A DNA stretch of 64,000 nucleotides from Balanoglossus misakiensis (lineage: Eukaryota > Animalia > Hemichordata): assembly GCA_040954595.2 (NCBI GenBank), contig CM082580.2, positions 10,456,390 through 10,520,389 on the forward strand, in the 5' to 3' direction. The position numbers and the translations under genes are program-made. Below are positions 35,767 to 47,800 of this stretch, piece by piece. Below the pieces are notes generated by a model. That model was not told where the DNA came from. It searched no databases and was given only the letters and a program-made list of their open reading frames with translations. Each line of letters opens with the position of its first letter. Position 1 is the stretch's first letter.

Positions 35767-36702
35767 CTACAGACTGTCTGATGTGAACGGTTCCACGTAG
35801 GTCTTTTTGAGAAAGACGGTCTTGAAACTCCTGACGAGAGTCGAGCGAAAACCTTTACTCATGACGCTGTAGATGACGAAGTTCCAAAGACTATTAGAGA
35901 AAGCCAGCCACGTGACGATGAACTCCAGGTATGGAGGTGTGGCCATCCCTGTTGATGTTTTCACGGCTGAAGGGATCCAAGAAAGGTAGAAGGCTCCGGT
36001 GACTACGCATGACATTTTGGCGGCTCGGAAATTTCTCCTGGTGTGACCTTCGACCCTGATCTCCACGCTGCCCCGATTCCTTCGGCTGCCGTTCTGGTTG
36101 TTCTGTCTCTTCTGGTGCTTGTACGACACGTAGCTGAGTTTAGTGTATATGCACGGCATTAAGGTGCTGGGTAGTATTATGTAAAACGTGACTGCCGCGA
36201 GTACGAATGCTCGGCATTTGCGCGTAGTGCACGCGCCCGGCATGCACATGAAGGAACCGGCGCTGTACTTGTAGTGCGCCGGTTGGGTGAAGGTCGAAAG
36301 AAACGTCCCCCACGACAGGTTGACGGCCCACATCAGGACGATGGCCACCGCGCAGCGTTGCCCGGTGACGTAGGAATGGTACCGTAGTGGGAAATTGATG
36401 GCCAGGTAACGCTCTATGCTGATGCACACCAAGGAATAGATGGAGACTCCACAGAAAATGGTCCACCACCCACCGAGCACGCGGCACGCCGGCTCACCAT
36501 AGGGCCAGTAGCCAACGATCGAAGGGTAGATCCCCAACGTGGACAAGACACCAACCCCGAGATCAGCCACCGCCAGCGACAGCATGAAGTACCGAGAATT
36601 TGGAGGCAGCTGCCGCGTCTTGTACAACACGGCGATGTTAATGACGTTGAAGCTTATGATCAGGACAGAAAGGATCACGATAATTAACGTCAAATAAACC
36701 AT
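35767..36702 (-). CDS. Orphan class A GPCR, copy 2 (C-tail 10 aa shorter than copy 3)
   Basis: ATG at 36702 (MVYLTLII...); the ORF track start at 36729 is a TTG. Motifs SLAVAD, SIERY, FYLSWIP, NSLWNFVIY. Confidence 0.9.
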   Translation of the reverse strand: MVYLTLIIVILSVLIISFNVINIAVLYKTRQLPPNSRYFMLSLAVADLGVGVLSTLGIYPSIVGYWPYGEPACRVLGGWWTIFCGVSIYSLVCISIERYLAINFPLRYHSYVTGQRCAVAIVLMWAVNLSWGTFLSTFTQPAHYKYSAGSFMCMPGACTTRKCRAFVLAAVTFYIILPSTLMPCIYTKLSYVSYKHQKRQNNQNGSRRNRGSVEIRVEGHTRRNFRAAKMSCVVTGAFYLSWIPSAVKTSTGMATPPYLEFIVTWLAFSNSLWNFVIYSVMSKGFRSTLVRSFKTVFLKKTYVEPFTSDSL

Positions 36703-37802
36703 TTCTGGAGAAATGAAATAAACCCACAACGAATTCGAACAGGCCTTATCACAGGGTCGATCTGTTCGATTTCAGAAGGATGTCTCCGATCCTTGACCGT
36801 TTCGCCAGCAATCACCTGGTGAAAAGTAGATTAAAATGAATGATACAAGAATCCACGGTTGATACCCAAAACAATATACCGAGTAAATAACCCAATATAA
36901 GGCTTACTGGGGCTTTAAAGAGGTGACCAAGTTATACACAACTGTTCAGCTTATTCTCTTACCTGTGCCAACACGGCCCGGAGCTGTCGTGACCACGTCA
37001 CGGTCCGCGCGCTTCTTCAGAAAACGTTTGCAAACATTTCACTTTTCATTATGGGAACACAACTGTTCCCATGGTAATGGGATGCTGTGCGTTAGATAGT
37101 TAGTCACGTGATTCTACCCAGCCAATCAATGCGTGATGCAGTCACATTGTTATCGAATGTTCGAAAAACACCAATATCTGGAAATATGATAGTGAGGAAA
37201 AGGCGTGGGCAGGTAGAATGATAATGCTTCAACGAATGGTGTGTGTGTTCTCCCCCGACTTTTCTTTCGCGAAAGTCATGTAGGTGCTAGTTATTGTTAT
37301 GGTTAAAATGTCATTTCGTGTCAGTTTTTGTTAATAGTTGTTTCATTCGTTTATCGATTTGGAACCTGTCAGTTTGCATGGTTCTTACGTATGTTTGTCA
37401 ACAAATAAAAGCTTAAAATATGAATTGTTCATCATATAATTTATTTATACCGTTATCACTCCGAGATCTCTATGATGGGTTTGTCAAATCCACTGTTAGT
37501 AATAGTGTGATGTATATAATATTAACGAGTGCCCAATAATGAGTAAATAGTGATGGTACAAACTTAATCGAAAATGGTGCATAACTATAGCGTCACTGTG
37601 TTCACGTGTCCAGGAATCGCCTGGGGTGACGTCAATAACTCGACCGTGTATTCTTTCAGCAAGTACTTTTGCAATATCTTCGAAGGTTTGAAGATTTGTT
37701 GTTTTGTAAATGTGCAGGTCGAAAGTGAAAGTGACCATGTTGACAAGTTTTTGAAAGTGCTAAGAAAATCAGTCGTTCGGTGTTATCTTTGGCAGAATCG
37801 TT

Positions 37803-38768
37803 TCATCCAATTGTCCGTATGCCGTCATCCATCGACATACTGTCTGATGTGAACGGTTCCACGTACGTCTTTTTGAGAAAGACGGTCTTGAAACTCCTGA
37901 CGAGAGTCGATCGAAAACCTTTGCTCATGGCGCTGTAGATGACGAAGTTCCACAGACTATTAGAGAAAGCCAGCCACGTGACGATGAACTCCAGGTATGG
38001 AGGTGTGGCCATCCCTGTTGATGTTTTCACGGCTAAAGGGATCCAAGAAAGGTAGAAGGCTCCGGTGACTACGCATGACATTTTGGCGGCTCGGAAATTT
38101 CTCCTGGTGTGACCTTCGACCCTGATCTCCAGGCTGCCCCGATTCCTTCGGCTGCCGTTCTGGTTGTTCTGTCTCTTCTGGTGCTTGTGCGACACGTAGA
38201 TGAGTTTGGTGTATATGCACGGCATTAAGGTGCCGGGGAGTATCATGTAAAACGCGGCTGCCGCGAGTACGAATGCTCGGCATTTGCGCGTAGTGCACGC
38301 GCCCGGCATGCACATGAAGGACCCGGCGCTGTACTTGTAGTGCGCCGGTTGGGTGAAGGTCGAAAGAAACGTCCCCCACGACAGGTTGACGGCCCACATC
38401 AGGATGATGGCCACCGCGCAGCGTTGCCCGGTGACGTAGGAATGATACCGAAGCGGGAAATTGATGGCCAGGTAACGCTCGATGCTGATGCACACCAACG
38501 AATAGATGGAGACCCCGCAGAAAATGGTCCACCACCCACCGAGCACGCGGCACGCCGGCTCACCATAGGGCCAGTAGTCAACGATCGAAGGGTAGATCCC
38601 CAACGTGGACAAGACACCAACCCCGAGATCCGCCACCGCCAGCGACAGCATGAAGTACCGCGAATTGGGAGGCAGCTGCCGCGTCTTGTACAACACGGCG
38701 ATGTTAATGACGTTGAAGCTTATGATCAGGACAGAAAGGATCACGATAATTAACGTCAAATAAACCAT
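37803..38768 (-). CDS. Orphan class A GPCR, copy 3
   Basis: ATG at 38768. The protein is nearly identical to copy 2, with the full tail SMSMDDGIRTIG. Confidence 0.9.
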   Translation of the reverse strand: MVYLTLIIVILSVLIISFNVINIAVLYKTRQLPPNSRYFMLSLAVADLGVGVLSTLGIYPSIVDYWPYGEPACRVLGGWWTIFCGVSIYSLVCISIERYLAINFPLRYHSYVTGQRCAVAIILMWAVNLSWGTFLSTFTQPAHYKYSAGSFMCMPGACTTRKCRAFVLAAAAFYMILPGTLMPCIYTKLIYVSHKHQKRQNNQNGSRRNRGSLEIRVEGHTRRNFRAAKMSCVVTGAFYLSWIPLAVKTSTGMATPPYLEFIVTWLAFSNSLWNFVIYSAMSKGFRSTLVRSFKTVFLKKTYVEPFTSDSMSMDDGIRTIG

Positions 38769-40735
38769 TTCTGGAGAAATGAAATAAACCCACAACGAAT
38801 TCGAACAGGCCTTATCACAGGGTCGATCTGTTCGATTTCAGAAGGATGTCTCCGATCCTTGACCGTTTCGCCAGCAATCACCTGGTGAAAAGTAGATTAA
38901 AATGAATGATACAAGAATCCACGGTTGATACCCAAAACAATATACCGAGTAAATAACCCAATATAAGGCTTACTGGGGCTTTAAAGAGGTGACCAAGTTA
39001 TACACAACTGTTCAGCTTATTCTCTTACCTGTGCCAACACGGCCCGGAGCTGTCGTGACCACGTCACGGTCCGCGCGCTTCTTCAGAAGACGTTTGCAAA
39101 CATTTCACTTTTCATTATGGGAACACAACTGTTCCCATGGTAATGGGATGCTGTGCGTTAGATAGTTAGTCACGTGATTCTACCCAGCCAATCAATGCGT
39201 GATGCAGTCACATTGTTATCGAATGTTCGAAAAACACCAATATCTGGAAATATGATAGTGAGGAAAAGGCGTGGGCAGGTAGAATAATATAAAATGCTTC
39301 AACGAATGGTGTGTGTGTTCTCCCCCGACTTTTCTTTCGCGAAAGTCATGTAGGCGCTAGTTATTGTTATGGTTAAAATGTCATTTCGTGTCAGTTTTTG
39401 TCAAAACGTAGTTGTTTCATTCGTTTATCGATTTGGAACCTGTCAGTTTGCATGGTTCTTACGTATGTTTATCAAACAATAAAAGCTCAAAATATGAATT
39501 GTTCATCATATAATTTATTTATACCGTTATCAGTCCGAGATCTCTATGATGGGTTCTTATTCATTTTTCTGATTATCACAGCTTTAAATATTAATTTTTA
39601 AACCCGCAGGCCTAAGCCCATGGGCTTTGCATTAGCCCGTCAAGCTTCTAACAATTAGGACTATAAATAACAGACTCAAATATAATATAAAGGACAAAAC
39701 AGAACAAAGCAACACTAAACAAAAACAGATAAAGGGAATAACATTATTCATTTTTATGAACTGGCCCAAATCCCAATCAGTGTGAACTAGATCAGGTGAG
39801 ATAATTAATCCGAATTTATAACTGTTCTACAAAGTCATGTACACGTCACCAGCCGGAACGATTAACAGTCGAAGTAGGGCGCGCTACCACATTCATCATG
39901 TTTACATGAATAGTCCGATGTTACTTCCGTAAACGATGGTGAGAACAATAAAGCAATACACGTAAGAGGTACTAGTATATTTAAGAAAGTTTGGCCAAAT
40001 CACTCATCAATGCGCCCTCTTCAGCTTAAAGTGTGTATATGTACGAGTATCACCCAGTAAACAAGATGGCGGACATAAACTTTGCGATGGCTATTGCTAC
40101 GCTCAGATGTCGTGTCGGTCAAGTTATACGAATAGAACAGGTATCACAAAAGGGTTACATAGTCAAGTTGAAAAGAAATGTGTACATGTACACTTTAATC
40201 AAGAGGGTAATCAACTTATTAACAAAATAAGAAGAAATCATAAAGATGAAGTCTTCTGCTGCTAACGTATCTGCACACATACAAATACATCTTTGCTGAT
40301 TGATAGCATCATTTGCCACTTATTTTCTCTTTTCCATTTTTAGTAAACATCTGTGACGGTTAGGTAGTGATGGATATTGTGCGTGTAGGCCTACAAGGTT
40401 TCGGTAAAACGCGTTTTGCGCAATTAATAATGTAAAAGTAATAAAAAACACCATAAAATGTAGAATAGTGATAAGCAGACATCAAAAGTCGATGTGTGAC
40501 CGGTGAAAATAAAATTAATATTGTACTGCCTTTCTTTGTGATTTTGTTCATGAATGTCACCAGTTGCTTTTCGCAATGGGCATATCAAAAGTCTAATATG
40601 ATGATGGTGAATGAGTTTTCATATTCAACTGATTTAAGGAATCCGAAGTAACCTGCTTCGGTGAAGATTGACTTGTGTTGGTGTTAATTCTTCGACATTT
40701 CTGGCTGGTTTCAGAAATTAACATACTCGCCAGTC

Positions 40736-41710
40736 TCAGCCTATTGTTTTTATACCATTTTCTATCGATCGACTGTCTGACGTGAACGGTTCCACGTAGG
40801 TCTTTTTGAGGAAGACAGTCTTGAAACTCCTGACGAGAGTCGATCGGAAACCTTTGCTCATGACGCTGTAGATGACGAAGTTCCACAGACTGTTCGAAAA
40901 AGCCAGCCACGTGACAATGAACTCCACGTAGGGCGGTGTGACCATCCCTGTCGATGTTGTAACGGCCAGAGGGATCCAGGAAACGTAGAATGCCCCGGTG
41001 ACCACGCACGACAATTTGGCGGCTCGGAAATTTCTCTTGGTCTGACCTTCGACCCTGATCTCCACGCTGTCCCGGTTCCTCTGGTCGCCGTTCTGGTTGC
41101 CGCGTCTCGTCTGCAGCCGCTTCTGGTGCTTGTGCGACACGTAGATGATATTGCTGTATATGCACGGCATTAGCGTGGCCGGGATTATGACGTAGAACAC
41201 GGCCCCGGTGAGAACGAACGCCCGGCATTTGTCCGCGGTGCACCCGGGCACGCACATGTAGGACCCGGCGCTGTAACTGTAGTGCACCGGATTGGTGAGA
41301 GTCGAAAGGAACGTCGCCCAGAACAAATTGATGGCCCACATCAGGACGATGGACACCGCGCAGCGTCGCCCGGTGACGTAGGAATGATACCGAAGCGGGA
41401 AATTGATGGCCATGTAACGCTCGATGCTGATGCACACCAACGAATAGATGGAGACCCCGCACGACATGTTCCACCACCCGCCGAGAAAGCGGCAGACCGG
41501 CTCACTGTAGGGCCAATAGCCAATCGCCGAAGGGTAGATCCCCAACGTGGACAAGATACCAACCCCTAGATCCGCCACCGCCAGCGACAGCATGAAGTAT
41601 CGCGAGTTGGGAGGAAGCTGCCTCGTCTTGTACAACACGGCGATGTTAATGACGTTGAAGCTTATGATCAGGACAGAAAGGATCACGATAATTAACGTTA
41701 AATAAACCAT
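40736..41710 (-). CDS. Orphan class A GPCR, copy 4
   Basis: ATG at 41710. Same motif set as the other copies; diverges from copies 2 and 3 mainly in TM3, ECL2 and TM5. Confidence 0.9.
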   Translation of the reverse strand: MVYLTLIIVILSVLIISFNVINIAVLYKTRQLPPNSRYFMLSLAVADLGVGILSTLGIYPSAIGYWPYSEPVCRFLGGWWNMSCGVSIYSLVCISIERYMAINFPLRYHSYVTGRRCAVSIVLMWAINLFWATFLSTLTNPVHYSYSAGSYMCVPGCTADKCRAFVLTGAVFYVIIPATLMPCIYSNIIYVSHKHQKRLQTRRGNQNGDQRNRDSVEIRVEGQTKRNFRAAKLSCVVTGAFYVSWIPLAVTTSTGMVTPPYVEFIVTWLAFSNSLWNFVIYSVMSKGFRSTLVRSFKTVFLKKTYVEPFTSDSRSIENGIKTIG

Positions 41711-44700
41711 TTCGAAAGAAGCGTGCAAACCTCAGTTCAGTCTGACTTCGCAGTAGCATGCAGTATATTCCATTGTCCATCACCTGACTCAGTGGTTCCG
41801 GGTAAAATTTCCATACCATCAGCTGGTGCTTTCCGATAATTTGTCTGGATGGCGATGTTCCAGAAGGACTGCAGCGTATACGTGGTGACCTAGAATGGAT
41901 AAGACACGCCGTATCACTACAGCAACTGAATTCCAATGACACGAGTAGAAATCTCTAGGTGTGAAAAATTCCCGTCTGATACCCACATGGCGCTAGACTG
42001 TGACAACATGTTTAACCCTCTCTATACCGCATCGTCCTGGCCAGGTCTTCAAGATCACCGTTCGACAGAATGAAGATGCCCGAGCATCGCAACGCTAAAT
42101 AAACTTTTGGCATTCGAGTATCAAACAACCACTGTTCGTGTTGGAATAACACCGTTCTGCGACTCCTAGTCTCCCTGAGCCTGTGTGTGATCCTAACCCA
42201 GCCAATCAGACGGGAGGATGGCAATATTGTTTGAATATGCTCGAATATTATAATTGCAATGAAGTATGCAAAGTGGAAAATGGAATATGGAGATACGCGT
42301 GACATGTACATCTTGGTACAACTGTTTAAATGTCAATTTTCAATATTCTCCCCTCAAATATCCTTTATATACTCGGTTTTAAAAGTAACACATGTACATT
42401 TACCAGAATATGTATTCGGATGTTTACGTCAATGTAATCTGGTCATGTTTTTTCCATGACATAGAACATACACCATTTGATCATTAGTACGTGTACTTGG
42501 AAAGTGTAACGATGTCGAAGGCAAGTGACACTAGCGTAGTTATTATGAACGTGGTAGAGATTCAGGATGGACACTTCTTCATCGTAACATAATTTCTGTT
42601 TCATGGGTGGGGTGGTTTTATTGTTTTGTTCTTCGTCCGTATTGCATTTTATTCTTTCCGTTTTATATCGCAATTTCGTCTCATGTTCCCGGCAGTTGAG
42701 TACTGCGTCGCATCATTGTACCGATTCGATTTTATGATTGCCGTTTTGATGTCCCGGTTCAGTGACATTACCTTAATGGACTCATCCAATCACTAAAAAA
42801 ACACTAAAAACACATTTCTCCTCTGTAAGTTACCGCGGCAACAGAAGAGCAAAATCACAAACATGTCCAAACGTGCAAATAGCTGAAATTGTCTTCTTGT
42901 CATTTACTGTTAGGCACTCTACGTGAAAACTCCAGCCAAGGTGATGGCAAATTGTGGCTTTTTATTGATTGCACTATCTGGGTTTGGCGATGGTTTGCCC
43001 ATTGATTTCTCTATTGCAGGAAATTAGCTCAGTTCGACATAAGTGTACAACGGACGCTTAAAATATTGCCTTTTTGTGTGATTAGCATTGATTGCAAGCC
43101 ATGAAAGAGATTGTGTTGTGAAAATGAGTGTTATGACGTTGTATCTGGCGTTAAAATATTTCAATCATGAAATAGAAGTCTAAATTTACAAACTGCAGAC
43201 TGGCAATGAATGCCACACGACGTTGTATTTTAATCATACAGGAACCCTTGAATGTGAACCGAACATCGTTTTCAAGATATCAGCGGAATGAACTAGTTAT
43301 GGTGACACATTCCCGCGTGGGTAGGGCTAACGCCCACGTGGACTAGCCCGACCCACGTTGGCCCAAAAAAGAAACAACGCGTTGGTCGAAACGCGGAAAT
43401 GTCGATTTTGGAATTTGTTTTACGGGCAAGGCGTGCCACGAGTATCGGTCACAATATGTCAGAAATCACCCAGGCCTTTATATTCAACAATACATATAAT
43501 GTCACAGAGTCATGCAATAAATGCGAAAACGAACTTGATAAATATTTTAATCCGCGCACGTTTTCGAATAAAAGATTGTCAGGGATATTGATGGTGACAC
43601 AGATGGCTCTAATGACTATCCAGCAGATTTCAGCGAAAGTAGAAACTGTTCGTATATTCAGAAGAGACACATTCTATGGCATGAATATTTGAATAACGTG
43701 TAGTCATAGATCATTCTGTCTTTGTTTTTTTTTGTCTCACGGAATTGTGATAATCTATTTATTTTTGTACTGTACTAGCCTGTAATATGTACAGTGTGAC
43801 CGGTGGTCATTGGTACTGAATTCTCTTCCACTATATTTCCGTGAATGAGTCGGTTATTATCGCGTCAGGAATGAACCTTTACTATCCACCTAATGCAGCC
43901 TCAAACATTGGATTTTGAAAATCTCAAGAGTCACGGCCAGTGGCGCTCCCTTAAAACTCAAGCACTGCAGAGAGTGGACTTTAAGTGTTTGAATGTACGG
44001 CTACTGTCGGGGAACGGTACTTCTGTAAATGTAATTATCCCCCGTCTTGACTGTGATGTTCCACTGTCCAATCACTTCAAGACGACTCTCCGTGATTGAA
44101 TTCCGTGGGTCGCCAGTCACAAACAGTGTTTCACAATAATTATTGGCGATTTTCCTTGTTACTTGAACATCCAATGTACGAGGCTAGAGGCTTAAAACAC
44201 CCGGCTAATATCTAACAAGGAGTCGAACTTTGCATCTCTGGCTTATGTTATTGAAGCTCCTGGAGCTGTATGATGCATTTTGTTTTAATCTAATCCACTG
44301 AGATAATTATTGTTCCCGTCATAAATCCACATTGCCTTTTGAAAATATTGCTATTTAAATCGCTGGGGCGTACTTCGCAATTGCTGTGTACTCGCTGGCG
44401 GCCATATATGACTGGCAAGTCGTAAATTATTTATTTGTTTATACCTTGAAATTGTACGTTCGTCACCGGTGTTTGAAAACCTACCCGTGATAACACATCG
44501 CCAACGCTAAAATGATAATCTTGTTCAAAGACCAGTTTGGATGTCATTGGCGCTGTTGTGACTGATATGATTGATTTCATCGGTGACTGAATGATGGATT
44601 GTCGATTATCAAGGCATGGTTTCACCTATGTAGTCATTACATGAGGTAATTGATGACACGGCGCAGTGGTGTTTACAGAAAGACCACGCCATTGTTATCA

Positions 44701-44742
44701 AGCGCCCTCTCAACGGACGAACTGCATACTATCTATCACTAC

Positions 44743-44750
44743 AGAGAGAG

Positions 44751-44812
<62 letters not shown>

Positions 44813-44858
44813 TAGATACATACATAGATACATAGATACATAGATACATGGATAGATA
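44743..44858. repeat. Compound microsatellite: (GA)n followed by (GATA)/(GATACATA)n
   Basis: Seen directly in the sequence. Confidence 0.92.
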
Positions 44859-47800
44859 GTCAAACAAATTGGCAGCCGCCTGGTAACATTTGAATGCAAC
44901 TTGGACCGTACGGTCAGATTCATGCTGAACAGAAAGGCGCTTACATCTCTAGGGGATAGCGCAGCGCATATACACGCTCCCACGCAGTTCATAACTCAAC
45001 CATCAATAATATAGCTGTAATAAAGTCTTTTTGTCGCAATGGGTGCATGGCCCGGGCCCTACGGCCCTGCCATACGGTTGGACGGTTGTGCCCAGTTGAA
45101 TCGTGCCGAGGTTGATCATTTTGGCGAAATTAGCTTCACAAACAACCTGTTTACCTCGTCGCAACCATGTGTCCACATTACCTTTTTTATCCCGTCCTCT
45201 TCCCACTGTTTGCCTGTATGTGCGTATATCTATCTGCCTGCCTGCCTGACCCTCCGTCCGTCCGCCAACCCATCCGCGTCAAAGTTGGTGTTATGGTGAA
45301 ATCATGCGAAGTAACATTTGTGGTTCATTCCCTCCGACTTCACTTTCATAAATTGGAAAAGCCTGTTACAACAATTATTGGATTATACTTGTGAAAAAAA
45401 ACCCGCAACTGTCAACTACGCTGACAACGTATGATGGATGCCTGTAATCCCGTGTTGTTAAAAGTGATTAGCCAAATAGAGATTTTTTTTGTCCCGGAGT
45501 GTAAAATGAAAATATAAAGAAGCGTAAATAGTAAAAATTGTGGCATTTACGCGTTCTATAACTCTGACAGAACCTTAATCTCCATTTCCATCAACTCAAT
45601 ACACAGATCAGTGTGTTAGTGCATGGGAACGATGAATATTAATCTCGTCCAATGGAACGATTCTTTGTTTAGCATACAGAGACACGTGTATGCCAAATCC
45701 ATTAATAATATCTACGTTTCCCTCTGTAAGATAGAGCAAGACTGGCAACAAGCTTTGATAGATGGAAATCCTGCGCTCATTGCGTGTTGTGCTGTCGTTC
45801 TGTGCGTGGAACTTTTCGAGTGATTAATTTGTCACCGGTCACCGGCGGTGCTAATCGCGATTGGCACGACATTAGTTTGACGAAAATGTCAGTTTGTTCT
45901 CCATGAAAGAACTTGAAGCATGCATGAGTTTAATTTTACAGTGCACAAATTAGTTGCATTTATAGCAAGAAGACATTAACAGGGCACTCCGTCACAGAAT
46001 ACGGGCAGCAAATCTCAGTGGTTTAGCTTTTTTTCAAATACTACCTTTGTAATCGAACATCTGCTATATTATGTAATTATTTACCAAAGAATTCCATTAC
46101 ACCTGAAGCCATTTAAACTATGTCAAAGCGTGCACATAACGTGTGCAAAGCTGCTTGCATTGGCAGATTAGTTCTATATAGTCATCTGCTTTGTGCCCAA
46201 ACCATTCTCGGTTAGACTGCAAAAACCTTCTTTCTGACTGACCTAAATATCTAATATTCGAAGAAAATGCATATATGTGTATGTTAATGTATTTATTTTG
46301 AAGTTTGATATGACTTATTGGCTTTGTGCAACAAGTGCGTAAGACTTAGGTAGACGTAGACGTTAGTGCTTTGTAATACTATACCCTCATGTTATTGCAT
46401 ACTTAATTTAACACCAATCCCTTTCAGAAACAGTAAATCGCTTATTTTTCCCCAGCCCTCCAGGCCATAGCTTTCAATTAGATATTTTAAATGAAAGGCA
46501 GGAACAGTCAAACCCTGAGATGTTGTGAGTGTTTCGTATAGAGGATCTCGAATCGCTTCACCCCGGGCGCTCGCGTAATTAAAGTCGCTCACTATATATT
46601 TGGAGTAGCCGACTAGTAAGGGCGACCGGAATTGGATAGTCGAGCTTATCGCCACGATGAGATCACGCTTCCTGATTGTGTAAGACTAGTTGCGTTCTTG
46701 CGTCAGACATGCGTCATTTGAGATTTCAGTCGCAGTCACCGAATACAGTCAGCACGCAAATCTAGTCTTTTAGGCAGAGGTGCCTACTTATAACTCATCA
46801 CTCATATCCCCCTCTAACTGATAATTGACGGCAATTTTACAACATGACTACCCAGGGTCAATGTCAGGTGCGATAAAACCAATTCCATCGGCATATACCA
46901 GAAAATCGATCATTGCAGCTGATAAAATCACACACTGTTGAAAACAAACGCCATTCATATAGACTTTATACGCATTTCTTGTTATTAGGTGATTTCCAAC
47001 CGAGCGCCTCCCGGTGTTTGTGTCGACATTGTGTGATTTGAATCTGCGGTGGGTAAACCCTGGAGAATCTAGACGGGAGTTTTATGGCACCTGAGAGTGA
47101 AATCTCCTGATGTGATCAGCTGATCTGAGCAGCGTGCCTCAGAAACGTGGGATCGATGAGAGATTAGAACCCGTATGCGTATATGTAGTCGCCGTGTGCA
47201 GAATTTAATAAACCTGTGTGTGGACATACCAGCATAGCACAAAATGAACGCCGAGATTCATTCGCAGCAACATTGCCATACCAGTCGTTCCTCTTTTGCC
47301 ATGCACATATCAACTGAGTACACTAATTTGACTGTATAGCTATTTAGTTTGAAAAAAACTCCCTCCCCGTTCTTCCTTTGGTTTCAGACGCACCATTTCA
47401 CCACCCTGAAAACTGGAACGACGTTGGAATGATATTCCAACACCCGACAGGGTATGCGAATTTTGCAACCACATATATGTGCTGATGAGTGGCCTTCGTA
47501 AATTCAAAACATTCTTCCAAGTGCTTTTTTGAAGGAAAAGTGGCACGGAACTGCCAACTTACATATGAGTATCTGGCTCACTTTGACCTTCGCTATATTA
47601 GTTCAACAACCTCGTACACTGAACTGCCTTTCCCGTCAAATTTTGTCAATCGGGACGCCTCCTCAAACCGTACGAGCATAACGCCAAAACAGTCCGTAAA
47701 TTTACCAACCATCTGGACGATTGATGTCTATATTCCTTTCAAAATATTGCAGTCGACCTTGGGGTGGGTAGTGTCAACAATCCCAAATAAGATGAACGTG

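Larger units (their letters stand above)
35408..39555. repeat. Direct tandem duplication with a ~2.07 kb unit (~35408-37480 and ~37477-39555), each unit carrying one GPCR plus its upstream region
   Basis: Near-identical sequence at an offset of ~2066 (ATGs at 36702 and 38768). Both units end in ccgagatctctatgatgggtt. Confidence 0.92.

Noticed and set aside
31501-41569. Overlapping alternate-frame and antisense ORFs on the GPCRs (280, 209, 197 and 294 aa)
   Set aside because: By-products of GC-rich GPCR codons; frames and stops are not conserved among the paralogs.
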